From Amphiscolops sp. MND2022 (lineage: Eukaryota), in the NCBI GenBank assembly GCA_964187785.1, contig OZ076409.1:23622001-23686000 (forward strand): a stretch of 64,000 bases of DNA, given 5' to 3'. The notes beneath the pieces are model-generated. The model had not been told where the DNA came from. It worked only from the letters and a program-made list of their open reading frames with translations, and did no database searches. Positions 39,401-51,800 of this stretch are shown here, piece by piece. Each line of letters begins with the position of its first letter. Positions within the stretch are counted from its first letter, which is position 1. The position numbers and the translations under genes are program-made.

Positions 39401-42400
39401 AACAACGCTCCTCAGCAATTTGATCTCAATGTTTTCGGTTTTCTGTTTTGCTTGCAACACTACATTTAACAGTTTTTGGGAAGGAATTTTGACCGACATG
39501 GCTTCGAATAGTATTCGTTGTTTTTGGTACCAAATTTTCGTTAGTGGGTTACTCGTTTGTGATTGCTTGTCACACTCTCTTGCCATGACTTCTTTTGTAT
39601 ATCTTAATCTGATATGATGAAAACACGACGGTCTTCCAATTTACCATGTCGAAATATAGAGATTTCTGATAACTTTCACTTGGCGAAGAAGCTTCTGTTC
39701 CACTTGATAAACAGTCAAAAATGCCATGATGATCTTGACACCTCTTGTCTGATTACATTTGATGCTGTTTTGAGAACTGACATTTTGAAAGGCGTTTCCA
39801 TAGTAATACAACGCTTTCTCGGAATTTAGATTTTCAAATTTTTGGATTTCTCTTGTGCTTGCAACATTACATTTCACTGTTTCTTAGAAGAGATATTTTC
39901 ACCGACATGGATTCGAATTGTATTCGTTGTTTTGCTATCAAATTTTCGTTGGTTCCTTATTTTGATTGCTTGTCGCACTCTCTTCTTGCCATGGTTTCTT
40001 TTGTATATCAAAATCTGATATTTTTGAAAACACGAAGGTCTTCCAGTTAATCATGACGAATTATCGTTTTCTGATATCTTTCATTTGGTGAAGAAGCTTC
40101 TGTTCTACGCTCGTGAGAAACAGTCAAGAATTCCATGGTGATCTTGACACCTCTTGTCTGATAACATTTGATGCTGTTTTGAAAACTGATTTACTGAAAT
40201 GCATTTCTATAGTAAAACAACGCTCCTCAGCAATTTGATCTCGATGTTTTCGGTTTTCTGTTTTGCTTGCAACACTACATTTAACAGTTTTTGGGAAGGA
40301 ATTTTGACCGACATGGCTTCGAATAGTATTCGTTGTTTTTGGTACCAAATTTTCGTTAGTGGGTTACTCGTTTGTGATTGCTTGTCACACTCTCTTGCCA
40401 TGACTTCTTTTGTATATCTTAAACTGATATGATGAAAACACGACGGTCTTCCAATTTACCATGTCGAAATATAGAGATTTCTGATAACTTTCACTTGGCG
40501 AAGAAGCTTCTGTTCCACTTGATAAACAGTCAAAAATGCCATGATGATCTTGACACCTCTTGTCTGATTACATTTGATGCTGTTTTGAGAACTGACATTT
40601 TGAAAGGCGTTTCCATAGTAATACAACGCTTTCTCGGAATTTAGATTTTCAAATTTTTGGATTTCTCTTGTGCTTGCAACATTACATTTCACTGTTTCTT
40701 AGAAGAGATATTTTCACCGACATGGATTCGAATTGTATTCGTTGTTTTACTATCAAATTTTCGTTGGTTCCTTATTTTGATTGCTTGTCACTCTTTCTTC
40801 TTGCCATGGTTTCTTTTGTATATATAAATCTGATATGATGAAAACACGACGGTCTTCCAATTAACCATGACGAATTATCGTTTTCTGATAACTTTCATTT
40901 GGCGAAAAAACATTTCATGCTCCTGAGAAACAGTCAAAAATTCCATGATGATCTTGACACCTCTTGTCTGATTACATTTGATGCTGTTTTGAAAACTGAT
41001 GACCTGAAAGGCGTTTCCATAGCAATACAAAGCTCTTCCGAAATTCGATCTCAATTGTTTTTGGTTTCTTCTGTTTTGTTTGCACCACTACATGTTCACA
41101 GTTTTGGAAAGGAATGTTTTGACCGACATGACTTCGAAATGTTTCCTTTGTTTTTGATCTCAAGCTTTCGTTAGTAGGTTTTGCTTTTGATTGCTTGTCG
41201 CACTCTCTTCTTGCCATGGTTTCTTTTGTATATCAAAATCTGATATGTTGAAAACACGACGGTCTTCCAATTAACCATGACGAATTATCGTTTTCTGATA
41301 TCTTTCATTTGGTGAAGAAGCTTCTGTTCTACGCTCGTGAGAAACAGTCAAGATTTCCATTGTGATCTTGACACCTCTTGTTTGATTACATTTGATGCTG
41401 TTTTGAAAACTGATTTACTGAAAGGCATTTCTATAGTAAAGCAACGCTCCTCAGCAATTTGATCTCGATGTTTTCGGTTCTCTGTTTTGCTTGCAACACT
41501 ACATTTAACAGTTTTTGGAAAGGAATTATGACCGACATGGCTTCGAATAGTATTCGTTGTTTTTGATACCAAATTTTCGTTAGTGGGTTACTCGTTGGTG
41601 ATTGCTTGTCACACTCTCTTGCCATGGCTTCTTTTGTATATCTTAATCTGGTATGATGAAAACACGACGGTCTTCCAATTTACCATGACGAAATATAGAG
41701 TTTTCTGATAACTTTCACTTGGTGAAGAAGCTTCTGTTCCACTTGATGAACAGTCAAAAATGCCATGATGATCTTGACACCTCTTGTCTGATTACATTTG
41801 ATGCTGTTTTGAGAACTGACATTTTGAAAGGCGTTTCCATAGTAATACAACGCTTTCTCGGAATTTAGATTTTCAAATTTTTGGATTTCTCTTGTGCTTG
41901 CAACATTACATTTCACTGTTTCTTAGAAGAGATATTTTCACCGACATGGATTCGAATTGTATTCGTTGTTTTGCTATCAAATTTTCGTTGATTCCTTATT
42001 TTGATTGCTTGTCACTCTTTCTTCTTGCCATGGTTTCTTTTGTAAATATAAATCTGATATGATGAAAACACGACGGTCTTCCAATTAACCATGACGAATT
42101 ATCGTTTTCTGATAACTTTCATTTGGCGAAAAAACATTTCATGCTCCTGAGAAACAGTCAAAAATTCCATGATGATCTTGACACCTCTTGTCTGATTACA
42201 TTTGATGCTGTTTTGAAAACTGATGACCTGAAAGGCGTTTCCATAGCAATAAAAAGCTCTTCCGAAATTCGATCTCAAATTTTTTTGGTTTTCTCTGTTT
42301 TGTTTGCACCACTACATGTTCACAGTTTTTGGAAAGGAATTTTTTGACCGACATGACTTCGAAATGTTTCCTTTGTTTTTGATCTCAAAGTTTCGTTAGT

Positions 42401-42625
42401 AGGTTTTGCTTTTGATTGCTTGCCCCACTCTCTTCTGCCATTGTTTCTTTTGTATATTTAAATCTGATATGATGAAAACACGACGGTCTTCCAATTAACC
42501 ATGACACTGTTGTTTTCTGATGTTTTTACATGTGAAGTAGCCTCTGTCTTACGAACTCGAACGGTCCACATTTTTTCGTGATGCTCTTGGCACTTGTCTG
42601 ATTACATTTGATGCTGCTTCTTTCA
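30465..42625. repeat. Satellite array, about 30 monomers of 390-420 bp with higher-order organisation
   Basis: The block GATGATCTTGACACCTCTTGTCTGA.TACATTTGATGCTG recurs throughout. The period is exactly 390 bp at 32072, 32462 and 32852. Distinct monomer variants recur in the same order; both edges are degenerate. Confidence 0.97.
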
Positions 42626-43284
42626 GAAAAATGCGTTCTTCCAGCCGAAAATGTTCCCGCCCGGCTATTTCGACACTGCGACTTTCAAGATTTTGAAAAA
42701 TCCACTATGGTTTTTCAGGCAGTGATTCAGAGAAATGCGCTGAGGAAGTCCATTTTTTGAGTTATCCTAAGTTATAAAGTGCATCCAGCGTCGCCAAAGG
42801 TATCCGTTTGGTTCGGTTGTTTTTTTTCAATTTTGAATGAGACCGAAAGGTCCTTTCCCTTCGGTTTTTCCGACATTCTACGCCTTTTTTGTTTCTGGGA
42901 TTTAGTCCTTCATATTGTGGGAGTTCGTTTCTATTCAGTGTCAAAGTTCTGTATCTTTTGAAATGGATTTTAATCAGTTCTGCTTCTTGATATCAAGCCA
43001 TTTCTGATTGAACAAAAGCTTTGAGCATTTTGATGATGTTATATCCATTTAATCAATCCAACTTCAATGCGAGTTTCGTCAAGCGAAGCCACAAAGAGCG
43101 TGGGGCTCGACTCAGACCGTTTTCGAAACATGGATTTTTTTGTGTAAAAATTCATAGAATAAATACTGTTCTGTTAACGTATAAACGATTAACGATGCGA
43201 TATTTCTGTATTCCTGACGTCATATTCGTCTTTTTAGTCGGCGTTTTCGAAGAAAATGCACGACTCTTACAGTGGCTAGCTTTT

Positions 43285-43683
43285 TTCGTCAGTTCAACGC
43301 GATCGGTCCACTTTTTGTTCATTTGTTAACTTCTTGGCCGACTAATTTTCTGGTGTCTGAGAAGCAGGAGAGCTTGGGTTCGTTCTCGCACTAAGCCACA
43401 AATTTTTTATGCTTCCAAAAGTATAGAAGAGACCAATGGGGTTTTTTTCGGCACTATGCGACATTTTTCCAAAAATTTTTGAATTCTATACCCCCTGGAA
43501 CTTTTCGGTTTGTAAAAAACGTTTAATGAGCCTAAAGGGTCTCTTTTTGGGTTTTTCTGCAATATGCGACTTTTTTACGAAGTACGTTTTTTTGAAATAA
43601 AATTCCAAATGTTTCCAATAATTGTTTTTTGAATATTTTTGAGCCTTAGATATGACGCCGACTTGGGCCGTTCCCGGCTTGTT
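43285..43683 (+). mobile_element. Repeat family A, copy 4
   Basis: Shares CCACTTTTTGTTCATTTGTT with 20610-20630 and has the 3' end CTTAGATATGACGCCGACTTGGGCCGTTCCCGGCTTGTT. Confidence 0.6.
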
Positions 43684-44299
43684 ACGTTTTGCCGGGATAA
43701 GTTTGAGACATGACTTGATCAGGGTGGAACTTTAAATTAATATTACCGGGGCTTGCGAAGAAGAATGCAAGACAAATACTCTTCCGAAGTGAAGAGCATG
43801 ATCTAGTTTTCAGGTTGAAATTTTTGTACTTTTTTGTCAAGCAATTGATTTCGGAAATTGTCTTCTCATTCTGAATCCGTGTTATCTGGGCATAAAACTA
43901 TCGCTGTGCCGCTGCGACTCTTGTTTCATGATATAGTTTCAGCATGAAGTTTCTTATCCACTCTAGTCTAATAGCTATATCTATATGATGAGCTTGGCAC
44001 TGGATCACATACAATGCTTTTGAACAATGTAGCTAAGTATCAATTCCTATTCTACGAGTCCTAGTCTCAAAGGTATATTTCTGGATGAAATTGCCGATCA
44101 TTGTTCCCTTTTCGATAGCAATTTATGAAACAATGCGCTGCCACGCATCTGACATTCACAAGGGTCGAACCAGTGTTTTCGCCAATATTCTGCTGTCACT
44201 TTCATGGGATTGACACCTCCAGGTTTTCCAATATGCTCTCCCAACATTGACAATAAATATCCTTCAGTTAACTTCAGAGAAGTGCCTTATTGAATTGTT

Positions 44300-44710
44300 C
44301 CGATTTTGTCACACTGGATCTACAAGAATAACTTCTTTACTCTGTCTTCGTAACTGACATGAAGAAATCACAATCGTTCACAATACTTGCTGTGAACAAA
44401 ATCAATACTGTCTACGAGCTTTTTTGAACGAAGTGGTTTCTGAAGTTTTCAAAGAAATGAGATCTGATTCTCTATTGAAATTTCTAGACTTTGAAAAACT
44501 GCCCAAGTCCAACACGACAACAAGATGGAGCTCAAAAGGAGTTTTTGCTCCAATTGTGTCTCGAACTGTAGTCAAGAAAAAATGCTTAACAAATTCATTA
44601 ATGAAAGCTTATAATTGGTTGACTGAATTGAACCTAATACCCCCTAACTTGCTAAATTTGAGCCAAGAGCAATTGAAAAAACATCTAAAACTTGTTAACG
44701 ACCTATAAAT
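44300..44710 (+). pseudogene. Possible hAT transposase remnant
   Basis: The frame reads IVHNTCCEQNQYCLRAF...KLPKSNTTTRWSSK, resembling the CxxH-like and TRWSS hAT motifs. Short and degenerate. Confidence 0.35.
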
Positions 44711-44846
44711 CACTGACAATAAAGAACTTTTTGTCTTTATTTTTGTGCCTAAAACATTTAATCGAACAAGATAGCATGCAAATTGGTGCTTCTATTATAT
44801 GCAAAAAGGGCACTAGCTCGAAGAGCAATTATGCTCATCTGGTGTC

Positions 44847-45476
44847 CTAACTGGATAATTTGAATGATAGATAATTATTTGTATTATTTTGTCTCATGCT
44901 GTGATAATCCTCTAAAGACTCTGCGTCTGATTCTTCATCTGAATGTATAGTTACGTCTACATCGGACTCGCTCCGAAACAGAGGCTTCGCGGGGTGTTTT
45001 AACTCCGTCATTTTAGACGCTCTAATAGGATTATCCTCATCTTCAGGTTCAGAATTTTCTATGTTGGATGCATGAACTCCTATAGGCTCTTTACTCCTGG
45101 ATCCTGACGGTCGCATATCTTCAGCTCCGTTAACTTGTGACCTGGGGTTTGTTACTGTAGAGTGGCTCCTGTTTGACTTTATCTGTTTTAGAATAGTATC
45201 TAGTTTATTCTCCATTTCTTCTCTCATTTTTTCTATCCTATCATTGTTTTTTTGTTCGAAAATCTCAGTCCAAGCTTGTATTTCAGAACTAGTTTGGCTT
45301 GGTTCAACAAGTTGATTTCCCAGGTTAAGTCCACCTAAATTCTCATCAACATTTGAATTAGAATTAGTTAAAGTCATATTACCTGTCTCAGGAGAATCAA
45401 CTCGAGTCCTATTCCCTTCTCTTTCAGGAGACGGGGTTTCTAGAATTCTTGATCTTCTATTTCTCTTGTTTCCCAT
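44847..45476 (-). other. ORF starting inside the LTR; probable N-terminus of Gag, truncated at the LTR edge
   Basis: Clean 209-codon frame with ATG, a coiled coil (DRIEKMREEMENKLDTILKQIK) and an acidic tail. Composition changes abruptly after EDYH at 44900. Confidence 0.5.
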
Positions 45477-45872
45477 CTTTGCTCAATCAAAAACGATCAG
45501 GTTTATTGGGGAAGAATTTGAATTAGAATCCAAATTGGAAAATAATCCAAAGTCGGAAAAACAAATCAGAAAGTGTTTAAAGGGTTCAGTGAATTGGATC
45601 AACTGCACTTTGAGAGGGTTATTTTTTCAATTTAGTTTCTATTACAACCCTTTCCTTCAATCAAAATAAAAGAATGACAAGCACTTTTTCTAAACATCAT
45701 TGGGTCCTGGAATCATAAAAATAGAATGACATCAACATTACTTCATCCTATATATAGTTTTCCAATAATCACGGAATTATGACTACAAAGCTTAAAGACC
45801 CTAGGAAAAATGCTGCAAAATGATATATTAAGTGCTACAAACACTGTTCAAATGATGCATAGATGCGTGACA
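44900..45872 (-). repeat. Putative 3' LTR (973 bp) of the Gypsy element
   Basis: The minus strand starts TGTCAC and ends ATCACA (TGT...ACA). It has a TATATATA box (45749-45756) and then AATAAA (45502-45507). The internal ORF runs into AT-rich flank right after the ACA. The PPT is weak (AAAATGGGAAC). Confidence 0.6.
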
Positions 45873-45899
45873 CTCAAAAGTTCCCATTTTGGACGAAAA

Positions 45900-46145
45900 C
45901 CGTATAATGCCGCATATACACATCACCTAATACCGTATGGTAACGTATAATCAAGCCTATTCAAAATGCATGATGATGAGTAGTGATAATAGTAAAAACG
46001 TATGTTACCGCATGAATGACAAATCTAAAACCGCATGTTGCCGTATATGCTGAATACCTTTTTACGCATAATGCCGCATGATGTACATTGTAAAAATGCT
46101 TCTTACCGCATATTAGATGTTCAAAATACCGTATCATGATGTATG
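45900..46145. repeat. 33-bp phased array 1 (8 units, variable spacers)
   Basis: Motif nCG(C/T)ATnnTnnCG(C/T)AT starts at 45900, 45933, 45966, 45998, 46031, 46064, 46096 and 46129. Confidence 0.8.
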
Positions 46146-46384
46146 ATAATTTGGATGATGGTAGACTTAATCAATCTTATGCAACAATTCAGCACGTGCC
46201 TTATTATTAAATGGGTTTAATGCAATCAAAGAAGCACCTTAAGGACTACAATCGAACCCTTAAATAAATTTAAGAGACAAGGTAAACAAATAAATTACAT
46301 GACTTCATCAAAAGAGATTGTTTAGAAATGAGTCTTTTAGAGTTTTGAAATGTTTGTACAAAGGGTCTCATCACTCGTTCCTCT

Positions 46385-47407
46385 TTACTGCTGCACCACG
46401 GAACCATCACATCTAGCTGGATGTGACAGTCCCGCGTTTTTGAAGAGGAACAAGGAGGCCTCAAAACCATGAATAAAAGCTCTTGATCGAATTGCCCGTT
46501 CTTTAACTGTTTCATTCTCGTACTCGGTCGCAACCAAGTACTCACCGAGCGTCTCCAATGCTATCTGGTTGTAGCATTTTCCACAAATGTCACAATACCC
46601 AGCAACGTTGGGCATGACTGTTGGCAAGAGCCTGATGCTCTGTCTTTCTTGGGCAGGGATTAGGATAAGGTTTGTGCTATGGGTCGCACTAAATGGAAAA
46701 CCTATCTGCGTCAGGGGCTGTACAGGAGCTAGAAAAGTATCTGCTACTGTCCCTCTCAAAGGAACAGGGAAAAGCATCGGCGACAAGTTGAATCCCTGGA
46801 CAGCATTATGATTCCCGCCATTTGGTTGCATATTGTTATCGTGCCTATTTTGTTCCACAGGTTCCCTGATCTGGGTTTGCTGAAAAGCTGTAGACTCGGG
46901 ACTATGGTTGAGTGGATAATTGGGTATCGGTCGTGGCAATATCCCTCTTGCTTCACGGTCCGCTCTCACATTTGGAGGGATGGTGGCAATCGGTCGACCA
47001 AAGCTGTTTACGCTCGTATTCTGGGTGTTACTCACAGTCCAGGGGAACAGATTCTCCTCTTCGAACTCGCTGGCCACAAACGACCCTGGTGAATCCATTT
47101 GAGCTTCTGGTGGGTCCGCTATGAGTTCGGCCAGGTCTTTTTCAAGTTCTGTCCCCGTGGTTGTCATCTCTTCTCCTTGATCTGCTGTCGTTGTTGCGTC
47201 AGGGTATAATGAAGCTATTGTTGAGCCCGAGAAAGCTGACATCAAATTGCTTCCGACTGGGTTTATTCGAAACCTTTCTTCGAGCTGGCCGACATCCCCA
47301 GGAGTGACGGCAAAGGCATTGTCTGAATCGCTGGATATGTCAATGACATCTGGCGATATCGGCGAGTACAAAGAATCTTCATCAAAATTGAATTGTAGAC
47401 CGTTCAT
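46385..47407 (-). CDS. Orphan 340-aa ORF in the Gypsy 3' region (acidic/Pro-rich N-terminus, CDICGKC motif)
   Basis: Uninterrupted ATG-initiated ORF with a TATA-like CCCTTATAAGGG about 170 bp upstream. No family recognised. Confidence 0.65.
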   Translation of the reverse strand: MNGLQFNFDEDSLYSPISPDVIDISSDSDNAFAVTPGDVGQLEERFRINPVGSNLMSAFSGSTIASLYPDATTTADQGEEMTTTGTELEKDLAELIADPPEAQMDSPGSFVASEFEEENLFPWTVSNTQNTSVNSFGRPIATIPPNVRADREARGILPRPIPNYPLNHSPESTAFQQTQIREPVEQNRHDNNMQPNGGNHNAVQGFNLSPMLFPVPLRGTVADTFLAPVQPLTQIGFPFSATHSTNLILIPAQERQSIRLLPTVMPNVAGYCDICGKCYNQIALETLGEYLVATEYENETVKERAIRSRAFIHGFEASLFLFKNAGLSHPARCDGSVVQQ

Positions 47408-47449
47408 CTTGATTCAAAGAATGAGTTTTTAGAATGAGCTTTAAGTTTT

Positions 47450-48810
47450 AGTAAGATCTGGGCGACTGGTTTTCAAACTTATCAGTATCACACTGTGATT
47501 CTCCTCTTCAAGCTTTCTCTGATTTCCCAATTCCCGCGGAAAAATCGAGTGTCATTGATGCGTGGGTTTACCGAACCCCTTATAAGGGCTAGGTGTCTCC
47601 CTTCTGATATTCAGGCGGCAACACCTTTGGATTTCCACTCGTAAAAGCAAATAAACAAAATGATTTGGGGATATTCATCACCTCCATCAGTCGACAATTT
47701 CCTTTTAATCTTCTTAATCTTACTTCAACGTTTTTTAAATCGACGTAAACAAATCCGTCCTAATTCAGATTCATTCAAAATATGAATGGATCATCAATTG
47801 CATGTAACTTTATTTATGAAAACATGAATGGGAGATCTTTATAAATATATTTTACATGACTAAATCAACTAATCTCTAAAAAAACACACAGCTTGCAATC
47901 AGACTATTGTTTTTCAAAGAATCATCTTGTGAAGAAATACACATATCATCAGATAATGCATGTTTGTACATTGTTGTATCTGTGTGTCAGAGATTCTCAA
48001 GGGAACATGTAACCTCATTGTGATGTGTCTCTCTATTTTGATGCAAAGTGCTATATAGCCTACTTCTTGTATAGTTGTTGGCTGTAGCATCCTTGCACAC
48101 ATACGCAGCTAGTATAATACTGTGTGTTCGTATTCAGTAAGCCTGTCCATCGCTGCACATATGCTGTGTTACAATCCGCATGTATCCGAACGCTCGTTTT
48201 CTCTCAATGCGTATGATGACGCATATTCTTTTCATTGAATTCCGCATGATGCCGCATATTCTTTTCAACGAATTCCGCATGATGCCGCATATTCGTAATC
48301 GCTCGATGCGTACCATGCCGCATATCCTCTTCAACAATTTCCGTATGATGCCGCATACTCGCTATCCCTTTATACGCATGTTACCGTATATTGTGCATAC
48401 GTGATTCAGAAATGAGTATGCTTTGTACTATAGCGTGCTGAATAAGTTTGAAAGTTGTCAATCAACCAGTCAATCACTCTGGCAGAAGTAAACTGAATGA
48501 TTAATTGACCAATCAGCGTTCAGCTCAAATGTGTACATTTTTGCCAAATTAAAGTTCATTTGCTTTTTGCCTTTTCTTTGATACGCCACGTCTTTACTCC
48601 ATTGATATTGCTAAATCTTTTGTCATATCGTACATTGTCTATTCCGCAGTTTTAGTCTGTTATAAGTCTAGTTATTCAACCTCTTTTCCAGTACTTAGTC
48701 AGTCTTTTATCACCTGTTGGATCCTTATTTAAACACATTCTCCATTAGTCCTTGGGACTTTACTTCTTCTTCGCCAGCTATTCCTTGCGGTGACATCTAT
48801 CTGACTCCCC
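47450..48810. promoter_or_regulatory. Candidate bidirectional promoter between divergent cargo genes
   Basis: Lies between the ATGs at 47407 (-) and 48814 (+). Contains a palindromic TATA-like CCCTTATAAGGG (about 47577-47588), CCAAT (48509-48513) and array 2. Confidence 0.4.
48176..48390. repeat. 33-bp phased array 2 (7 units, mostly different spacers)
   Basis: Motif starts at 48176, 48209, 48242, 48275, 48308, 48341 and 48374; consensus CCGCATGATGCCGCAT plus a 17-bp spacer. Confidence 0.85.
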
Positions 48811-48813
48811 CCA

Positions 48814-51800
48814 ATGGATTCACAGAGATCACGGAAATCCAGAAAAGATCAGATATCCCGGAAACAGCAATCGGCTTGGGGCTACAAATCTCTTACTTCT
48901 GTGTCGCCACGTAAGTTCAAATTTTTAGTTTCTTCTGAGATTCATTGTTGCTGATTTGTTTTCCGATCGGTAAAATTTTAATCATCAGCTGGCCGGGCTG
49001 ATATTTTGAATAAGCTACTCTTGCATAGTATGCTTTTGATTCAGATTTTCTTACGGAAGTCAGCAACTTCCGTCAAATTAGTTCAGCTACTTCCGCCCAA
49101 TTTATGTTTTCTAAAACCGCGTCCGTAATTAGAAAATTCTTGAAGAGTAGAGAGCTGAGTTCAGTTTTGTTTTCTTCCTTAATGAGATTTGTCAAATTTA
49201 TTTGTTTTAGTTGAACTTGTGGCTACAGAAAAATCACCAGGTCGTTCCCCTACCAAGATTTATACTCCCTTGGAGGTCATTCCACCAGGACAGTCTACTG
49301 TTCCAAGCCCCATTGCGAATCCAGAGCATATTTCTGTTATCACCATTGGCAGTTCCACTATTGCATCGGACAACGCGGCAGTTGAATTAGAAGAACCCCA
49401 AGGTAAAACTGTTGTTGATACAGCTGAGGATATAGTTGACCTAGATGGTATCGTCCATAGTCCGGCTCAAGTTAACGTTGATTTATTGGATTCTACCATT
49501 AATTCTGAAGAGTTAGAAACTTCTAAAGAAGAGGATATTCCACATTTAGCCTCCATCCACGAAAATCTGGTAGCACCACTTGTATCGGGAGTTAATGCTA
49601 TGACCATGGATACTTCTCCTGAAGTTATTACTGATCCCAATGTAGGGGCTAGTGTTCCTTTACCCAAACAGCACGCTAGTACATCTCTGTTCACTCATTT
49701 CTTGTTACCTTCTCCAACTGCCCAGGTTGAACAACTTGATCTAGATCCAGCAAAACATAATGCCTCCCTTAACAAAAGTAACAACAAAGCTGATGAGGTA
49801 CCCACTGATTCCGAAACCACGGAAGTTCACAGGTCTAACGTTCAGGGTGTCAACATTACACGAAATGAGCTAGTGGCCATAACAAACGTTATCGAAAAAC
49901 TCCCACAGTCTTACATCGGTGGGACTGAAACTGAAAACAATCAGGGGATAGCTTTCTCGGTCGTTGAAGACACACTCCAAGAGCCCCCCAGAGGTAATCC
50001 AGAGGAAGATCAGCATGCAACTACTAGTGGGCCTAACATATCCCATTCAGCACAAGAACTCGATGAAGCACCGGTTATCTGCAACAAACGACCGAGGCCT
50101 CGCTATTCTCTTGAAGGGTCCATGCTTCGCAAGCACCCTGTCCTGAAACTTTCCGCTACAGGACCAGTCAATCGAGGCAAAACACCTTACAAATGGACTT
50201 TCCGAGTGTGCCGAATTGAACTATCCCTTATGAGCCGAGGAGTGTTGGAGTTAATGGCGCATTATAAAACCGAATCACACCTGGTTAGGGAACATCGAAT
50301 TAGGATGGAAACTCCGGGCATGGCACTATACGATAAGGACGAGTGTGAACTACAGGGTCTAGCTCTAGCAGGAGCGAAGAAAATCGCTAGGGATACATAT
50401 CCCATCGCCCCCCAATTGGCCTGTTATCGCCTGTTGGTAGGACAAGACTCAATGCCACATTTCGGAACAGACAAGAGTCACACTGAAACGGTTTCCTCAC
50501 AAATCTGTATCATAGAGATTGGGTTGCGCAGAGGAGGCGACATTTCCTGCGTGACTGACATTTATGACGAAATCAACCGATTTTCAAGCGGGGAAGGACA
50601 AGCAATCACCTTCAATTGGAGTCCTTACCGCATATTTGTAAGTGATCTCAATTTTCATCAATCCTATAATACTACTTCAGGTATTTGAAATTCGTGTGAC
50701 CAGAAGTTTTTGAGTAATCATGATGTCGTATTCAATCGTTACCAAGTCCGACCGTAGTTTTCTTTTCAGGAAATCATCACTCACATGTTCAGGGAATTGC
50801 TCAACTATTGTGTGACCAACGTAAATGCTAGTGGGGTTTATTCTCTGTCCCTGATGAGCCATCCCACCGAGAAAACCTTATATCTCAGCTTCTGGTCAGG
50901 AAATGTCCTGCATCAGGTATGCATTGGAACTGGACCAAGAGGAAACCTGATTCCTCGCAAAATCTTATCTCTTGTTGCTTCATTCATTAGTTTATTTGAG
51001 ACGACGCCCCCATGTATCAGCCTCATTGGGTTAGGAGAGCGGCTCAGCCATTGTCTCAACGACTTTACCTGGTCATCCTCGGCCGATAATCATCAACAAC
51101 TTTGGCGAAAACGAATTCGAGAGGTGTCTCGCATTACCAACTGCCAAAATTATCGAGAGACACGATTTCAGAAGTATCCTCGATTAACTCCTGCTGAGAT
51201 TGCGGACCAGCCCTGGATAAAGACTGGTTGCAATCACTAGCCCAGTTGCATAAGGCATTATATCGTTAATTTCGTTTTTCTTAATGTTTTCGTTTCTTTG
51301 AGTTTACTTCAGTTTGTTTCCAGTGTGTGATCAACTTGCAGTACTCCCTCGAAGAAGCTTCTACCCTGATTGAGACTCTCTCACAGAATTGGGATCGCGT
51401 CCGAGACCACCTTGAGCAGGTTGCCAGACTCCCATCATATCGCTCTCACATGAGAGAGGTATATGTTTTTTGAAAATGTTTCATATGGCTATACATTTTG
51501 CTCATCTCGAAAAAACCTTTTTCTTTCAGCCTTATAGGTTATGTACCGAAAAGATATTTGTAATCATCATTCTTGTTAATTAATGTAGAGAACTTTAAAA
51601 AAATTGGGCAACTGAATGCTAGTAATGGAAATCAACAATATGGAGGTAAATCAACTTTAAGTTTGTATCAAACCTTGATCGCACCGAATATATAATTAAT
51701 GGAAACATTGGGAAGTCAATGAAACGAATAATCTAATGTAAGAAATGAATGGATGTTGAAACTCCCCCTTTTTCGGAGCTATATCAAGGGCACAGCAAAA

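Noticed and set aside
30465-42625. Dozens of 60-124 aa ORFs on both strands
   Set aside because: They are translations of satellite monomers. Variants differ by indels that are not multiples of three, have scattered stops, and show no domain motifs.
30465-42625. CRISPR-like reading of conserved blocks around variable segments
   Set aside because: The variable parts are homologous and recur, units are about 400 bp, there are no cas genes, and the context is eukaryotic.
43900-44250. Minus-strand CQAH (CxxH-like) motif suggesting a second hAT fragment
   Set aside because: The frame is full of stops and its orientation conflicts with the adjacent plus-strand TRWSS fragment; probably chance.
50681-50688. 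Ending the 49189 ORF at its stop or at the donor after 50680
   Set aside because: The GTAAGT donor after 50637 is stronger and is the one in phase with the acceptor at 50769.
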